Source of the DNA: the human T2T-CHM13v2.0 reference genome, Homo sapiens
Direction of reading: 5' to 3'
DNA length: 64,000 nucleotides
Assembly: GCA_009914755.4 (NCBI GenBank)
Contig: CP068257.2
Coordinates: forward strand, 38,816,001 to 38,880,000
Shown in pieces: positions 43,457-57,100 of the stretch (the first letter of the stretch is position 1; each line of letters starts with the position of its first letter). A program made the translations under genes and the position numbers. The notes under the pieces were generated by a model. It searched no databases, had not been told where the DNA came from, and worked only from the letters and a program-made list of their open reading frames with translations.

Positions 43457-44184
43457 ATTTATTAAAAATTACTATTATTATGGCTAACAAAGAACTTGCA
43501 ATATTGATTCAGTAGTCTTAGAATGCCACATGTAGAAGACAAATTACAAATTATTTTTGTCTAGCAATTTTCTTTTCATTACAGACATTTTCACGGTTTT
43601 CCTCCCTAGACCCTAGCTGTCATATTCCATTTTCTCTAGCCATTTCTTTACTGGTATTTTTCTCCCTTTAATGTGTCAGAGCGGATAAAAACATAAGTGG
43701 TAAAGATTCAGAAACGGTAGCTTTCTTTCTCTAAGGTTTAGCATAACCAACATGAACTTCAAGCAGTTAGCTGCAAATTATCTCATCAACTCGAGCACTT
43801 TACTTCTAAAGTTCTGACCAATCCTGCAGAAAAAGTCATCTGTTTGTGTGTCAGAGAAATATGCTTATGTCAACTCTAAGAAACCACATTAGGGAAGGAA
43901 GCAGGGGGAAGTGAACTTCACTAGGTAGAGGCCTTTGGGGCCACTCCTTCCTTCCACAACTATGGGGCTCTATGCCTCCAGCCACCACAGCTAGGCAGTG
44001 GTAGGGCAGGTTCTAGATCTTAGGTGCAGCAATTTTAACCCAGTGCTTTTAAAACAACATCAGTAACTGATTATGCATGAGACAGTACTAGGGTTACAGT
44101 CTGCTCCGAGGGCTTGGCCAAGATTTAATAATGTAATCCTCCACAACAACCTGATCAGCTGGCTATGATTTTTTTCTTATTTTA

Positions 44185-44340
44185 TTGCTGGAGAAACTGA
44201 GGCAACAGAGTGTAAACCACCTGCCCAAGGACACGCAGCTGGAAAGTTCTGGAGCCAGCACTGGCTCCCAAGTAGCCTGGTTTCACACTCCTACGCAGCT
44301 ATTACACAAGCTCTGACTTAGGAGTGATCTGCTCTACCAT
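44185..44340 (-). mobile_element. MIR SINE fragment
   Basis: TGGAGAAACTGAGGCAACAGAGTGTAAACCACCTGCCCAAGGACACGCAGCTGGAAAGTTCTGGAGCCAGCACTGGCTCCCAAGTAGCCTGGTTTCACACTCCTACGCAGCTATTACACAAGCTCTG resembles the MIR core reverse complement. Confidence 0.5.
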
Positions 44341-44399
44341 TTTATCAGTGGGGACAGCAAACAGGAGCAGAGATTTTATTTTACTTTACTTAATTTTTA

Positions 44400-44665
44400 T
44401 TTTTATTTTATTATACTTTAAGTTCTAGGGTACATGTGCACAATGTGCAGGTTTGTTACATATGTATACATGTGCCATGTTGGTGTGCTGCACCCGTTAA
44501 CTCGTCATTTACATTAGGTATATCTCCTAATGCTATTCCTCCCCGTTCTCCCCATCCCACAACAGGCCCCAGTGTGTGATGTTCCCCTTCCTGTGTGCAA
44601 GTGTTCTCATTGTTCAATTCCCACCTATGAGTGAGAACATGCGGTGTTTGGTTTTTTGTCCAAAA
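44400..44665 (-). mobile_element. LINE-1 (L1PA-type) 3'-terminal fragment
   Basis: TTTATTATACTTTAAGTTCTAGGGTACATGTGCACAATGTGCAGGTTTGTTACATATGTATACATGTGCCATGTTGGTGTGCTGCACCCGTTAACTCGTCATTTACATTAGGTATATCTCCTAATGCTATTCC...TTCCCACCTATGAGTGAGAACATGCGGTGTTTGGTTTTTTGTC is the reverse complement of the young-L1 3' UTR end. Confidence 0.9.
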
Positions 44666-46599
44666 CAGAGATATAGACCAATGGCACAGAAAGGAGCAGA
44701 GATTTTCTAAACACCATGTTACTTGCCCAGTGACAGAGCTGTCCAGAGCTCAGCCTCCCAACCCTCCTCTCTTTGTGGCAGTTTTAGTTCATTACATCAC
44801 TTAAATGTCAATGGAATGAGAATGTGTCTGTGCATAAATACGGTGAATGTGGACACTTCATTCTTCAGTGCTTAGACTCAGAACAGATGATGTCACATTT
44901 TAAAATACGTGTTCTGAAGAAGATGGGTGTACATTACCTTCATACTGAATCAAATTTTAAATTCACTAATAACTATTGAAAGCAATCCAGAAGCAAACCT
45001 GTAAAACTAAAGAAAACTTTTAGGAAATAATCATATTTTAATCTATCATATATAAATTCTAATTTTCCTAATTGTTAAAATTTTAATGGAGGTACACATG
45101 CATTTGTTGTATTGGATATACTGTTTCCCAAATGGGAAAAATCATAGTAAAACTTCATTTTGAAATAATGTTATTTTGGATTTGTAATGACCAAAATCAT
45201 TAGGAGCTTAGAGCTTTAAGGTGATATTGCAGATAGTTCAAAATTAAATGGATGGACAGTCGATTTGGTTTGTTTCACTTGTGTGTCTGTTTTGGAGGAG
45301 TGGTTTTTTTAAATGGTTTGTGTGTTTAAATGTAAAGTTTTTTTAAAAAGACCTCATACTCATTTCTCAGAGCAATTATCTGAGGTGTGTCACATTCCAT
45401 CCCCTTCTAGAATAACAATTCTCCCAATATGCATGTGTGATGCAGAAACCAGGTGCCAGTTAATGCACATCACTGTGTGGAGAGAAACGAGAAGAGAAAG
45501 GGTGTTTGGCCATGCTGATGGTGCAAACACAGCTGTGCACTTCATATTTTTGTTGCTAAGGTCATATGGGTCAGCCCTCTCAGTGGGCTACAAACCCATT
45601 TCCCTGGCAAAGCGGACGGTCCATACGGGGCACGGATTTATTTGAGGAGAAGTATCCATGTTGTTCTGGGGGAATAAAGGGGCTGTTCACCAACCAGGCA
45701 GAGACCTTCCTAAAAAGCAGCCATGGCAACTCAGTTTACCTGCAAGCAAGAATTGCCAGCTACGGCTAGGTAACGGCTCTTAACTTTTTAAAAACTAAAG
45801 GAGAGCAGAATGAATTAGAAAAGCAGAATGTGCTGCAGGCACAAAGAGTGGCACCAAGAGTGGCACATTCATTTTGGACCTAGAGGTGGTTAAGGTTATA
45901 CTGCATGTACAATTTGAATAGACAAAGGCAAGTACTGGAATTAATTACAAAGCTTATTGGGAATCCACCAGTGACATAGGCAGTAACTAAATCAAGAGGG
46001 GGCTGAGAAGCCATCTGACAATAACGGCCAACCTAATGGCTGCCATGCTTTCCAACATGATAGACTGCGGATGCCGACCCCTTAGATAATAGCCTGGTGT
46101 TAACACCAGCGCAAATATGACCAAAACTGAGGGCTCTGAAATTGGGCAGCGGTCACCTATCAGGTAGATCATACAGGTTCTATGTGTTACAGAATGTGCA
46201 TATACAACTATTGTCAGATTTTGTTATGGGCTGCATGATGTCCCTCCAAAATTCATGTTGAAGTCCCAACCCCCAGTACCTCGGGATAAGGTATTTGGAC
46301 ATAGGGCCTACAAAGGGGTGATTAAGGTAAAGTGAGGTCATCAAGATGAGCCCTAATCCAGTATGACTGGTGTCATTGGAAGAGGTGGAAGTGAGAACAC
46401 AGACACACACGGAGGACAACCACGTTAGGACACAGAGAGGAGGTGCCATCTACAGTGTTGGAAGGAACCACCCTGCTGATAGCTTCGTCTTGGACTTAGA
46501 GCCTCCAAAACTATGAGAAAACAAATGACTGCTGTTCAAACCCCTGCTCAGTGGCATGTTTTTGTGGCAGCCCTAGCAGATGAATGCAGACGATCATCA

Positions 46600-46926
<327 letters not shown>

Positions 46927-48168
46927 CACAACCAAAAATACAAAGGCATATTCAGTACTGGAAAATTCCAGAAAATGGTCCAAGCACCCCTTGGCATGTT
47001 CCTTTGCAGCATATAATATTCCATTTAATTGTTTTTTCTTTCTTTCTTTTATTGTAGGCAATACTTTTCTTTGTCCATCCAGAATCCTAACAAGCATTGT
47101 AAACAAATAAACACATAAAATAGCTAAAAATGGAGCAGCAGCCGCGGGAGCTGCCGCCCTCCCCTTCCCCCCTGAGCTGGAACAGCCCCTGGGGCTCCCG
47201 CAGAGCAGAGTTTGAAAAATGCCGCTTCCATTCTGGTGCCTCACAAAGATCTAACATGTCAGCGAATTACCTCAGGTTTGCACATTATCATTAATCAGGG
47301 GCATCACAGGGGATGGCAGCATCCCCCAGACATAATAAATAATGGTGAACTCAAGGTTTCTGCAGGCGAGTGCGTGCGTTCTGCCTGGGAAGGGCAGTCC
47401 GTGTCCATTAGAGACTGAGGGGAACGTTGTTCTTGCCGTGTCCTCTGAGGGTTCCCACGACGAGAACTGCGAGGGAGCCCTGCTCATTCAGAGACCCAGT
47501 GCAGGCAGACCCACACCTGGGCACCTAGGCCAGAGACCTTCCATGGAGCTCTGCAGGCTCTCAGGGCTTCTGAAGATTGGCATCTCTCCAGGAAAAAAAA
47601 AAGCCCATCACCCCAAACAGTCAGTAGGCTTGCTGTTGCCTCACCTACCCTGGATGCTGAAGTTGGAGAGCACTTAAGGTTTCCAGAAGTTTCTCCAGCC
47701 AGCAAGATGCTCCACCCTCCTCCTTCAGACTGTCGTGCGCAATTAATGACAAGCTTTCATATCTTTGATTGTGAAGGTGCATTAGCACTTCAGCTGGCTC
47801 CTCTGGGTCACTCTTGGGTTTATTCCACGTTTAAACCTTCAAAATCTGCTTTTATTTAGGTCTTGGCATTCAGGCCAGTGCCCTTCAGAAGGACACGAGG
47901 ATGGCCCATCTTCCAGGGCTGGACTCAGCCCACCTAACTGGCTCAGCAAGATCCCTGCTGGTGTGAAACTTGTCACAGGATGTGGCAGGGAGGCTTCTCC
48001 TAGAACTGGACTGGGGCCCCCTTCGTCATGATTGTAGATTAGAGTCAGGGGCTCTTTGTGTGACCTTCGTCCTGGCCTCCTTATGATTTGAATCACATTT
48101 TCCTCAGTGGCTTGATCAATGTGTTCATTCACGAAAGTGCTGACTTTCCCATACAAAATGGTCAGCCT

Positions 48169-48477
<309 letters not shown>

Positions 48478-48622
48478 CTATTCCATTTGAGTAGTTTCAA
48501 GTTTCTTTTGTGTGTAAGTTGGTATTTCATTCCATTTTTGATTTTGTAGGACATTCGAACTATCTGTCAGGTTATCCAATCCTATTAGGCTTCTTTCCTC
48601 CACAAGTGTTTCATCTTTGGGT

Positions 48623-48807
48623 GGGTGCTTCACTCCCATGCTGTACTAACCACCTCATAGAGAAAGGGACTATACCAGAAATGTCCTTGTATTTCTATAG
48701 GAGGGTCCCCATTTGGGTGCTTCACTCCCATGCTGTACTAACCACCTCATAGAGAAAGGGGCTATGCCAGAAACGTCCTTGTATTTCTATAGGAGGGTCC
48801 CCATTTG
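48623..48807. repeat. Local tandem duplication, 2 x ~92 bp
   Basis: GGGTGCTTCACTCCCATGCTGTACTAACCACCTCATAGAGAAAGGGACTATACCAGAAATGTCCTTGTATTTCTATAGGAGGGTCCCCATTT occurs twice in direct succession with 4 mismatches. Confidence 0.92.
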
Positions 48808-48879
48808 AAGGCCCTTAGTGAAGGTATATCGATAATTTTAGGGAGATAATATGGCATGAGAAAGGGCAGTCAACTCTGA

Positions 48880-49080
48880 GTTTGAGCTACAGCTCAGCCA
48901 TTCATCATGGATACGACTTGGACCATTTCTTAACTTTCCTGAGCCTCAGTTTAGAGGCTAATATAACCCATTGAGTTGTTATAAGGCTTTAATTTTTAGA
49001 TAACATTAATATGCATATATTGCATGCAAAATGCACAGGTAAGTGTCTGGCACATAGTGATCAATTTATCATAATAATAT
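48880..49080 (+). mobile_element. MIR SINE fragment
   Basis: CTTAACTTTCCTGAGCCTCAGTTTAGAGGCTAATATAACCCATTGAGTTGTTATAAGGCTTTAAT...GCACAGGTAAGTGTCTGGCACATAGTGATCAATTTATCATAATAATATTGATGATGATAG resembles the MIR 3' half (CACTTAACCTCTCTGAGCCTCAGTTTCCTCATCTGTAAAATGGGGATAATAATAGTACC...GTGCCTGGCACATAGTAAGCGCTCAATAAATGTTAGCTATTATT). Confidence 0.5.
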
Positions 49081-51689
49081 TGATGATGATAGTGACAATC
49101 ACAAACATTTAATAAGAGGTATGTTTAAAATAGAGTTTGCTCACAACCTTATCAGCTAAAATGTTTGTGGTCTTAACTAAACAATGAGCTTTCGAATGTG
49201 CTTAAGGTGAGGACAGAAGGGACTCTAGGAATTTCAGAAGACTATAACTGGGGAGTTTTGGGGGAAAGAATTTATTCTTTGCTGACTAACCATTGGTTAG
49301 GTGGTGGGCAGGGCAGGTCATAGGGAAAGCTTTGATGGGAAGGGCTCAAAAATCAGTCATTGTAGGCTATGTTATACAGTGTTCCCTGCTAAGGCCTCAA
49401 TAAGAAGAATGAGTGGAAAGTTCTCTACGTGAACAATCCAATTAACCATGAACTGCCAAAAAAAACTTGAGGGAAAATTCAGAGAGAGTAGGAAAAACGT
49501 TTACTTTCTCACCTTAGTCCTGTGACCATAATTTTGCAAGCCAAGACCTGATAAAAATAATGTTCATTTTAAAATTTAAAGTACAAATAAGTATATTTTA
49601 TTGCATGAAATTTGGAATATTTGGGAAGAGCTCAAAGAAAACAAAAGTTATATAACTTCCTAAATAGTATTTAAGGAAGACTGCAGTCAGCCCACAGGCA
49701 TTTAGGATCTCAATGTGGAAAAGTATAAAATGTGTTTTAATTTAAAAAGAAATTTTCAAAATATACCTGTTCAAACCTCATTCATACAATATTCACAAAT
49801 AAAGAGGAATATGAATTCTTTTTCACTGAATAGTCTAGAAAAATAAAACCAGCTCTCTATCTGCCATAGAAAATCAGAAATTGATCTAACAAAAGATAAG
49901 AACCAGAAGAAAAGGAAAAGAAATAGGAAAAAGGAGATACCATGCTTAACACACAAAAAAGGAGATAGTTAAAAAATGATAATGGCAAAAAAAAGAAAAC
50001 GGTATTTTTTCTGATCGTCTTTTCTATAGTAGAAATTTGCAATTTCTCAGATGCTCAGTATTGAAGTTCCAAAGGACGTGTAAATTTCCACTGATGGCCG
50101 TGAGTCATCTATAATTATTTCCACCATATGTACTTACATCCTTTCCAGAGAACCTGCCCATTAAAACAGCATATGAAACTTAGTAAGTTTCACTTTTTTA
50201 TGTTTTGGAAGAAAGTGATAAAACCCATACTACTTGAGGAACTGAATTACACACAGTGTTTATTAACACTGAGAGGTCTGCTTTTCATTTGAGCACAAAT
50301 TTGTAATTATTTTAGAATATTATCAAAATGATATATTTAATCTAAAATCCAATCATGCATTTTCATTTAAATTGTTAACATTTTATTCAGTATTTTAAAA
50401 GATAAAATAACAACATTTTCTCCACTGACATTTTTTTCTGTCTTTTTAAAAAACTTGTCAGTAAAGTGTAATATACCTAGAGAAGAGTACATTTAACTGA
50501 ATAGCCCAGCTGAATCATCACCAACTGATCCCACCCATGCAACCCACATTTAGGTAGAGAAAAAAAATTACCAGGACCCCTGAGCCCCACCCCCCATGCT
50601 TCTTTATAGTCATTACTCTTCTTTCAAAGCCACCCAGTATCTTGATTTCTAATAGGATAGGTTCGTTTTGCCTGTTTTGGAAGTTTATGTAAATAGAACC
50701 ACACAGAATATATTCTCTTGTGTCTGTCTCTCTTCCTTCAACATTACCTTTTCAAGATTTATCCACATGGTTGTGTGTAGTTGTTGGCTGTTCATTCTCA
50801 TTTCTTAGCTGTATTATATTGAATGAACATAACTCCATTTAGCTGTTTGGGGGAATTTGCATAGTTTTTTGATTGGAGCTATTATGAAAAGTGCTGCCAA
50901 GAACACTGTATATGCCTGTGTGTACCTGGGAACCTGTAGTACATGTGGACATAGGTAAATATTTTTTTCTTTTGGGGACATAGCTGGGAGTGGAATGGCT
51001 TTGCCATAGGGTAGGCACAGAGCCAGCTTTTAAAAAGATTGGTCATTTTCCAAAGTGATTGCATGACCTTAATTTCTATGCACCAAATAAAATAGCAAAT
51101 TGTAAAAAGTTACATTGTACTAAAATTATAGCCACTTTTTGTTACATATAATCTTCAAAATATATGGAACATCCTAAAAAATCAGTTCTTGGCCAATAGG
51201 GAGGATTTTTAATTTCAGGTGTTGAACTGAGATTTTGAGCAAAGAACTATAAATCTAACAATGATCACTACTGTTATTACTGCTACTACCACAACTACAA
51301 CTAATTACAATGACTGCAACAAAATAACAAATACAGTAGCCCTGCCTTATACACAGCTTCCAAGACCCCCAATGGATGCCTGAAACTTCGGATAGTACTG
51401 AATCCTTTATATGCTTTGTTTTTTTCTATACATCCACACCTGTGACAAAGTTTAATTTATAAAATTAGACATAGTAAGATATTAACAACAATAAATAATA
51501 ATAAAATAGAACAATTAAAACAATATACTGTATTCTGAGTTATGTGAATTTGGTCTCTCTCTCTCTAAACATCTTACTGTACTGCACTCATGTATTTTCA
51601 GACCATGGTTGATCAAGGAAAACTCAAACTGCAGAAAGTGGAGCTGCAGATAAGGGGGAAGAATGCTGTAAGAACAGAAGCCCACCTAT

Positions 51690-51900
51690 GTGCCAGGTGC
51701 TGTGCTAAGTGCTTCATTGCAATGAGGCATTTCAACGTCTAAGTAATCCTATAAATTCTATTATTGTCCTCAATTAAATGTGATGAAGCCAGAGACATGG
51801 CCATGAGTAATTTAACCAAGATGAAAAAGCCACTCACCACTCAGGTCCATTGGACATGAAACTCAGCTCTTACTACCCTATAAAGCCCAGTGCTTCCATC
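51690..51900 (-). mobile_element. MIR SINE (near full-length core, reverse orientation)
   Basis: TATGTGCCAGGTGCTGTGCTAAGTGCTTCATTGCAATGAGGCATTTCAACGTCTAAGTAATCCTATAAATTCTATTATTGTCCTCAATTAAATGTGATGAAGCCAGAGACATGGCCATGAGTAATTTAACCAAGATGAAAAAGCCACTCACCACTCAGGTCCATTGGACATGAAACTCAGCTCTTACTACCCTATAAAGCCCAGTGCTTCC resembles the MIR reverse complement (TATGTGCCAGGCACTGTGCTAAGCGCTTTACATGCATTATCTCATTTAATCCTCACAACAACCCTATGAGGTAGGTACTATTATTATCCCCATTTTACAGATGAGGAAACTGAGGC...). Confidence 0.5.
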
Positions 51901-52013
51901 TGCTCAGGGAAGTACACAATCATCATCATCATTAACGGTGCAGGGGTAACATCTGCTCATCTATGTTTTCTGATATGCTTAATTCCTTAGTCCCCTTAGA
52001 AACATCTCACATA

Positions 52014-52372
52014 TGTATTAGTCCATTTTCATACTCCTATGAAGAAATATCCAAGATTGGGTAATTTATAAAGGAAAGAGTTTTAATTGACTCAGTTCCA
52101 CATGGCTGGGGAGGCCTCACAATCATGGCAGAAGGCAAAGGAGGAGCAAAGGCATGTCTTACATGGCAGCAGGCAAGAGAAAGTGTGCAGGGGAACTTCC
52201 CTTTATAAAACTATCAGATCTCATTACACTTATTCACTATCACGAGAACAGCATGGGTAAACCTGCCCCCATGATTCAATTACCTCCCACTGGGTCCCTC
52301 TCACAACACGAGGGGATTATGGGAGCTCAATTCAAGATGAGATTTGGGTGGGGACACAGCCAGACCATATCA
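52014..52372 (-). mobile_element. MaLR solo LTR, THE1/MST-type
   Basis: TGTATTAGTCCATTTTCATACTCCTATGAAGAAATATCCAAGATTGGGTAATTTATAAAGGAAAGAGTTTTAATTGACTCAGTTCCACATGGCTGGGGAGGCCTCACAATCATGGCAGAAGGCAAAGGAGGAGCAAAGGCATGTCTTACATGGCAGCAGGCAAGAGAAAGTGTGCAGGGGAACTTCCCTTTATAAAACTATCAGATCTCATTACACTTATTCACTATCACGAGAACAGCATGGGTAAACCTGCCCCCATGATTCAATTACCTCCCACTGGGTCCCTCTCACAACACGAGGGGATTATGGGAGCTCAATTCAAGATGAGATTTGGGTGGGGACACAGCCAGACCATATCA. Confidence 0.88.
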
Positions 52373-53809
52373 CATGGGATTCTCCACATGGACTGACATG
52401 ATTTTTAAAAATCTGTCAGCAGTAAAAATGAATATCCTAGCAGTGAAGAAAAATAAGTTGTAAATATTTTGAATCTTATTTTCAGACATATGTGTGTGTA
52501 CATGCGTATGCATGTACGCACACACAAACTCACACACACAGCTAATGGTCTTTTGTGCCAGGTAAATGATAGCAACATGTATGAGATTTGTTTACCATGT
52601 CATTTATTTAATTAAACAAAACTAAATATTGTGCCACAATATTTTACCCCCAAACTCAGTCAGCTGTGACAGAAACTGCCTGCACCCAACATTAAGAAAC
52701 AAGAACGCCAGAAATGAGGCAGAGGAAGGTCAAACGCCATTTCTCTGGGAGTCCTTGTTCAAAGGCTGCTCCAGCCTCACAGCCCAGAGGCAGTTCCTTG
52801 TGCCCTGACTTAGGCTCCTTTTAGAAATCTATAGGCTCCTGTTAGAAAAGGAAATAGTCTCTTTCTAGATGTGGCTGTATACACAAAAGTTAAAGAATCA
52901 CTAACACATGAGATAAAGCATTTCCCAAAGCCTTTTAGGGAAGAGAGAGTATTGCTCTTTCCCTCCTGGTATTCTTCCCTTTAAAAATCTGAACTCAGTG
53001 TGAACAAATAACAGGTCAGAGACTGAGACAGTCTTGTTCATAGCCTCACACACATTAAGTTCTATGCATAACACATTGAAGCTATATTTTTGCAAATATC
53101 ATACTTCATTTTCTAGAAACTTGAAACATAGTCAAGAGGAATTTTTAATGTTTGTAGACATTACTTATCTCTCACGTACATTCTGTATTGAAACCTATCT
53201 TCATGTGACATATTTACATGCTACAATTTTGATGATAGAAATTTGACGCTGTTGCTACTGAAGGTTGTGAATGTAAGGCCTCGTGCTGGACTGTCATATT
53301 AAACAGCGATGTGCCACATGGTTTTGAGTGCAGAAAGTTTAAGTGACAGTAAAGAATGTACATTAGGAAGGCCATTATCACTGACACTTTGAATTTCACA
53401 TAACTGGACCTTAAAGATGATACTGGCTCAAGGTCAAAAGGCACTCTAAATATCAATATTTATATCTTTTCTCTGATGCAATCAGAAAACATTTTAGTCA
53501 ACCTACCAAAATTACTGATTTGGGAAAGAATTAACAATTTATTCTCATCTGGGAAAAAAACAACTCTTTTAGGCCATGCTTTTGCCCTCTGGGCCTAGGA
53601 TGCCCTACACCCTGAAATGCTGCAGCTAGAAGGCCCGCACCAGATGCGGCCCTTTGACCTTGGACTTCTCAGCCTCCAAAACTGTAAGTCAAATAAACTT
53701 GGGCATACACTTTTTAAAACCCACTATTTCAAAACTATTAAATTCATTTTTCCCCCAACAGAAGCTCCCTGCAGCAAAAGTCACTTCCTGTAGAAAGACC
53801 ACAAGAACA

Positions 53810-54154
53810 GGCCGGGTGCGGTAGCTCACGCCTGTAATCCCAGCACTTTGGGAGGCCGAAGCAGACAGATCACAAGGTCAGGAGATCGAGACCATCCCGG
53901 CTAACATGGTGAAACCCCGTCTCTACTAAGAATACAAAAAAATTAGCCAGGCATGGTGGCGGGTGCCTGTAGTCCCAGCTACTCGGGAGGCTGAGGGAGG
54001 AGAATGGCATGAACCCGGGAGGCAAAGCTTGCAGAGAATGGCGTGAACCCAGAAGGCAGAGCTTGCAGTGAGCCAAGATCATGCCACTGCACTCCAGCCT
54101 GGGCAACAGAGACAGAGCAAGACTCTGTCTCCAAAAAAAAAAAAAAAAAAAAAA
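53810..54154 (+). mobile_element. Alu SINE (AluY/S-like) with an internal ~31-bp duplication and a 22-nt pure poly-A
   Basis: GGCCGGGTGCGGTAGCTCACGCCTGTAATCCCAGCACTTTGGGAGGCCGAAGCAGACAGATCACAAGGTCAGGAGATCGAGACCATCCCGGCTAACATGGTGAAACCCCGTCTCTACTAAGAATACAAAAAAATTAGCCAGGCATGGTGGCGGGTGCCTGTAGTCCCAGCTACTCGGGAGGCTGAGGGAGGAGAATGGCATGAACCCGGGAGGCAAAGCTTGCAGAGAATGGCGTGAACCCAGAAGGCAGAGCTTGCAGTGAGCCAAGATCATGCCACTGCACTCCAGCCTGGGCAACAGAGACAGAGCAAGACTCTGTCTCCAAAAAAAAAAAAAAAAAAAAAA. The flanks repeat CACAAGA(A/G)CA. Confidence 0.93.
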
Positions 54155-57100
54155 GCTCACAAGAGCAAAGGAAAGCCTTGCTCAGGAACAATGAAATGGA
54201 CTCAAATACCCAGCATTTTTCAGTATGAGTGGAAATGACCAAAAATAATCCAACAACACTACGAAAGTGTGATTTTCTTCTTCTGATTTTTAAAGTTCAT
54301 AATAAAGCCAGAACTATATTCAACTGTGGAAACAACAAATGATGAGACTAAATCTTGCCATCCTAACCCACATGCACTGCCTAGTTACTTCCTGAGCAGC
54401 TGCGTTTTGGCTCTCCATCCATAACAACCCGGAGTGGCAGACAGGACCCGTGTCACAGTTGAGTGAGGGACAGAGCAATTTATGAAGCTACAGCAAATGA
54501 AAGGCAGAGCTAGACCCGGAACACACGTGCACTGCTTATTGATCCAAAGTGGATCCTGTCACCCATAGAGGCGATTCGCCGTTCCCAGTTGAGTGTGAAA
54601 CCAGAAATCTCAGAAGTGTCTGAAGTCACTATAATTACCATGGCAACACCACTCCGGGGGGAAGAGCAAGTGCAGCCTCTCACCTCCTTGTGAGATTATT
54701 TCTCATTTATTTGTACATGAAAATGGCTCCATGTCACCTTTTTTGTGGCCATCCTTGCATAGAAATGAAGACCATTTCCAGTCTTTTTATTCACATAATT
54801 GCATTTCTTCCCTACATTTCATAATTTTAAAATATGACCACACTGAACAGTTCTAAACGTAGCTATTGTACACTTATGTAGTGTCAGAAGCACTTTTTCT
54901 AACATGTAGCTTTATGCCCTTATAGCTGTGGGAGAGTATAACTACATTGAAAACACGTGCCTAGCACCCAAAATAATAAAGCTAATGACTGTCTTTGTCA
55001 TCTGTAGATATTTCACACTGTTCTTTGCTCTCTGCCCCTTCTAGACTCAACTTTTTTATTTTTATTTTTTAATATAGAGAATTTTTCAGAATTTTTACTC
55101 ACTACAACATGGGTATACTTTGAAAACATTTTGTGTTTTAAAAATTGGACTAAAGGAAAAACTTTATTGGTTTTGAAAATCAAAACCAGAGAAATCACTA
55201 CATTTTCATACTCTCTGGAGACATTTCAAAAAGAATTAGAGCAAAAGGTAACACACATTCCCAGGAGGTGGACCCTGACAGCAGAGGGCAATAAATGTTT
55301 GATTCTAGAATTTTTGAGTCTCACTGTTTATTTTATATGGAAGCCCCCTATGTTTTCTCCCAAAGAATTTCAGCAAGACAATTTATAACTCTTAGCACAC
55401 TACCTCCACACTTTTAAAGGTGTAAAATAGAGAAGGTGGAATGAGGTGGCAGAATGTCTTGCTTCTATCAGATGTGTGCTTGAACATGAGGTGACAATAC
55501 ACTGAATGCTATCAGGGAGGCTAATGACACACAGCCCGCCTAATTGTGAAATTTTTATTAAGGTAGAGTTGTGGTGCTGTGGATGTAATTATTTTTTAAA
55601 GTATATTTGACTTGCTTTTTATATACTGATCATCTGTGTCAGTGAAAGATCTCACAAAATTTGATGACAAATTAGTTGTGACTAATATTTTAAAATGTCC
55701 CACGCAATTCTTCTGCATCTCTAGAAGATTAGAAACAGAAGAAATGTCATTTAATGGGAAAAGTAAACATGCAGGTGCATCTGCAGAAAAGCACAAACTC
55801 CTCATGATCTTGCAGGACTTACAAATTAGCAAATATCTATTTTAAAATTTCCAGAAGTCTTTCACCATTGTGAGATTTTACTTTCATTTCATGTCGAATC
55901 TATTTGAATAGTAAGGAGGAAAAAACAGCTACCTATTATGGATAAGTATGGTTTTAGGCATTTATGATATTACTGTGGGTTATTTTTAAGTGAAATCAAC
56001 TTAAACGGGCAATATATTTATTTAAGTTGGCTTGGTTTTAGTGTCACTGGCCAAACATTTCAACAGGAAATTACCATGGGAATTATATCTTTAATAGCTA
56101 TTTCTCCTAACAATATTATTGTGAGGATCAACAAGCCATGATGTTTTTGCCTGATTACACAATGATAATTTTTTTCTTTTTATTTTCCTGTATAACGGAG
56201 GCATGTTATAATTAAACATAAGTTAAAATTTCTTAAGCTGTTTGTTGGAAATTATTTATATATAATTCCTTTAACAACTATGAATACCCATTAATAAACC
56301 TAGATTACTATTTGTCCATTTCAAGCATCCTATCCCTGGAATAGATTAGTGTGCCTAGTTCTTCTCATTTTAACAATAGTACCCAGACGTGCGTGGGCTC
56401 CCTGGTACACACGTGTCTTTTGTGTGTTCCTAAAGTTTGCTGTGAATGCTTTCTATGACTATGGTTCTTTCCAATTTAAAATTTTAATAGAAAGTTAAAA
56501 CTCTAGATGTTTAATCACTTCTTTCCTTACCAAGGCTGAGGAAGTATTTTTAATTTTTCTGAGAGGTAAGCAATTTTAATCCTGACATTTTGGCTATTGG
56601 CCAATAATTACGAACTGTTAATTCTACGGGGCAGGATGTAGGTCCTCGGCAACAAAAGATGTTAGACAAGGTTCTTGCTTTCGAGAATGTCTCAACCCAC
56701 CCAAACTCATCTAATCTTCAGCAGGTTCCCCACCTATAAACAAAGTCCACATCCAAAGACTACGATTTATGGGTCTGTCCAGAGGCTTCCCGAATATTTC
56801 ACCGTCTCAAATATATTGTCCGGCAGAATTGTGAAAGGTGGAAGTGGGCAGAAATTGAGTAAGTGGGCATTAAATGCCCTATCCAGTTCATCCATCCATC
56901 CTATCTATACCTTAGCTTGTCTTTGACTTGACTGTTTACAACTCTGCAGAGATAGAGGTTAACTGATAGAAAACATAAAGCAATGAAAACACTTCCTGTC
57001 CATAGCAAGGCAAAGGACTCCTGTTCTCAGTGCTGCAAATACATTTTGCCCCATAGAAAACAAATCTCTGTGGATAGAATCTTCAATGGAACCAGTTGCA

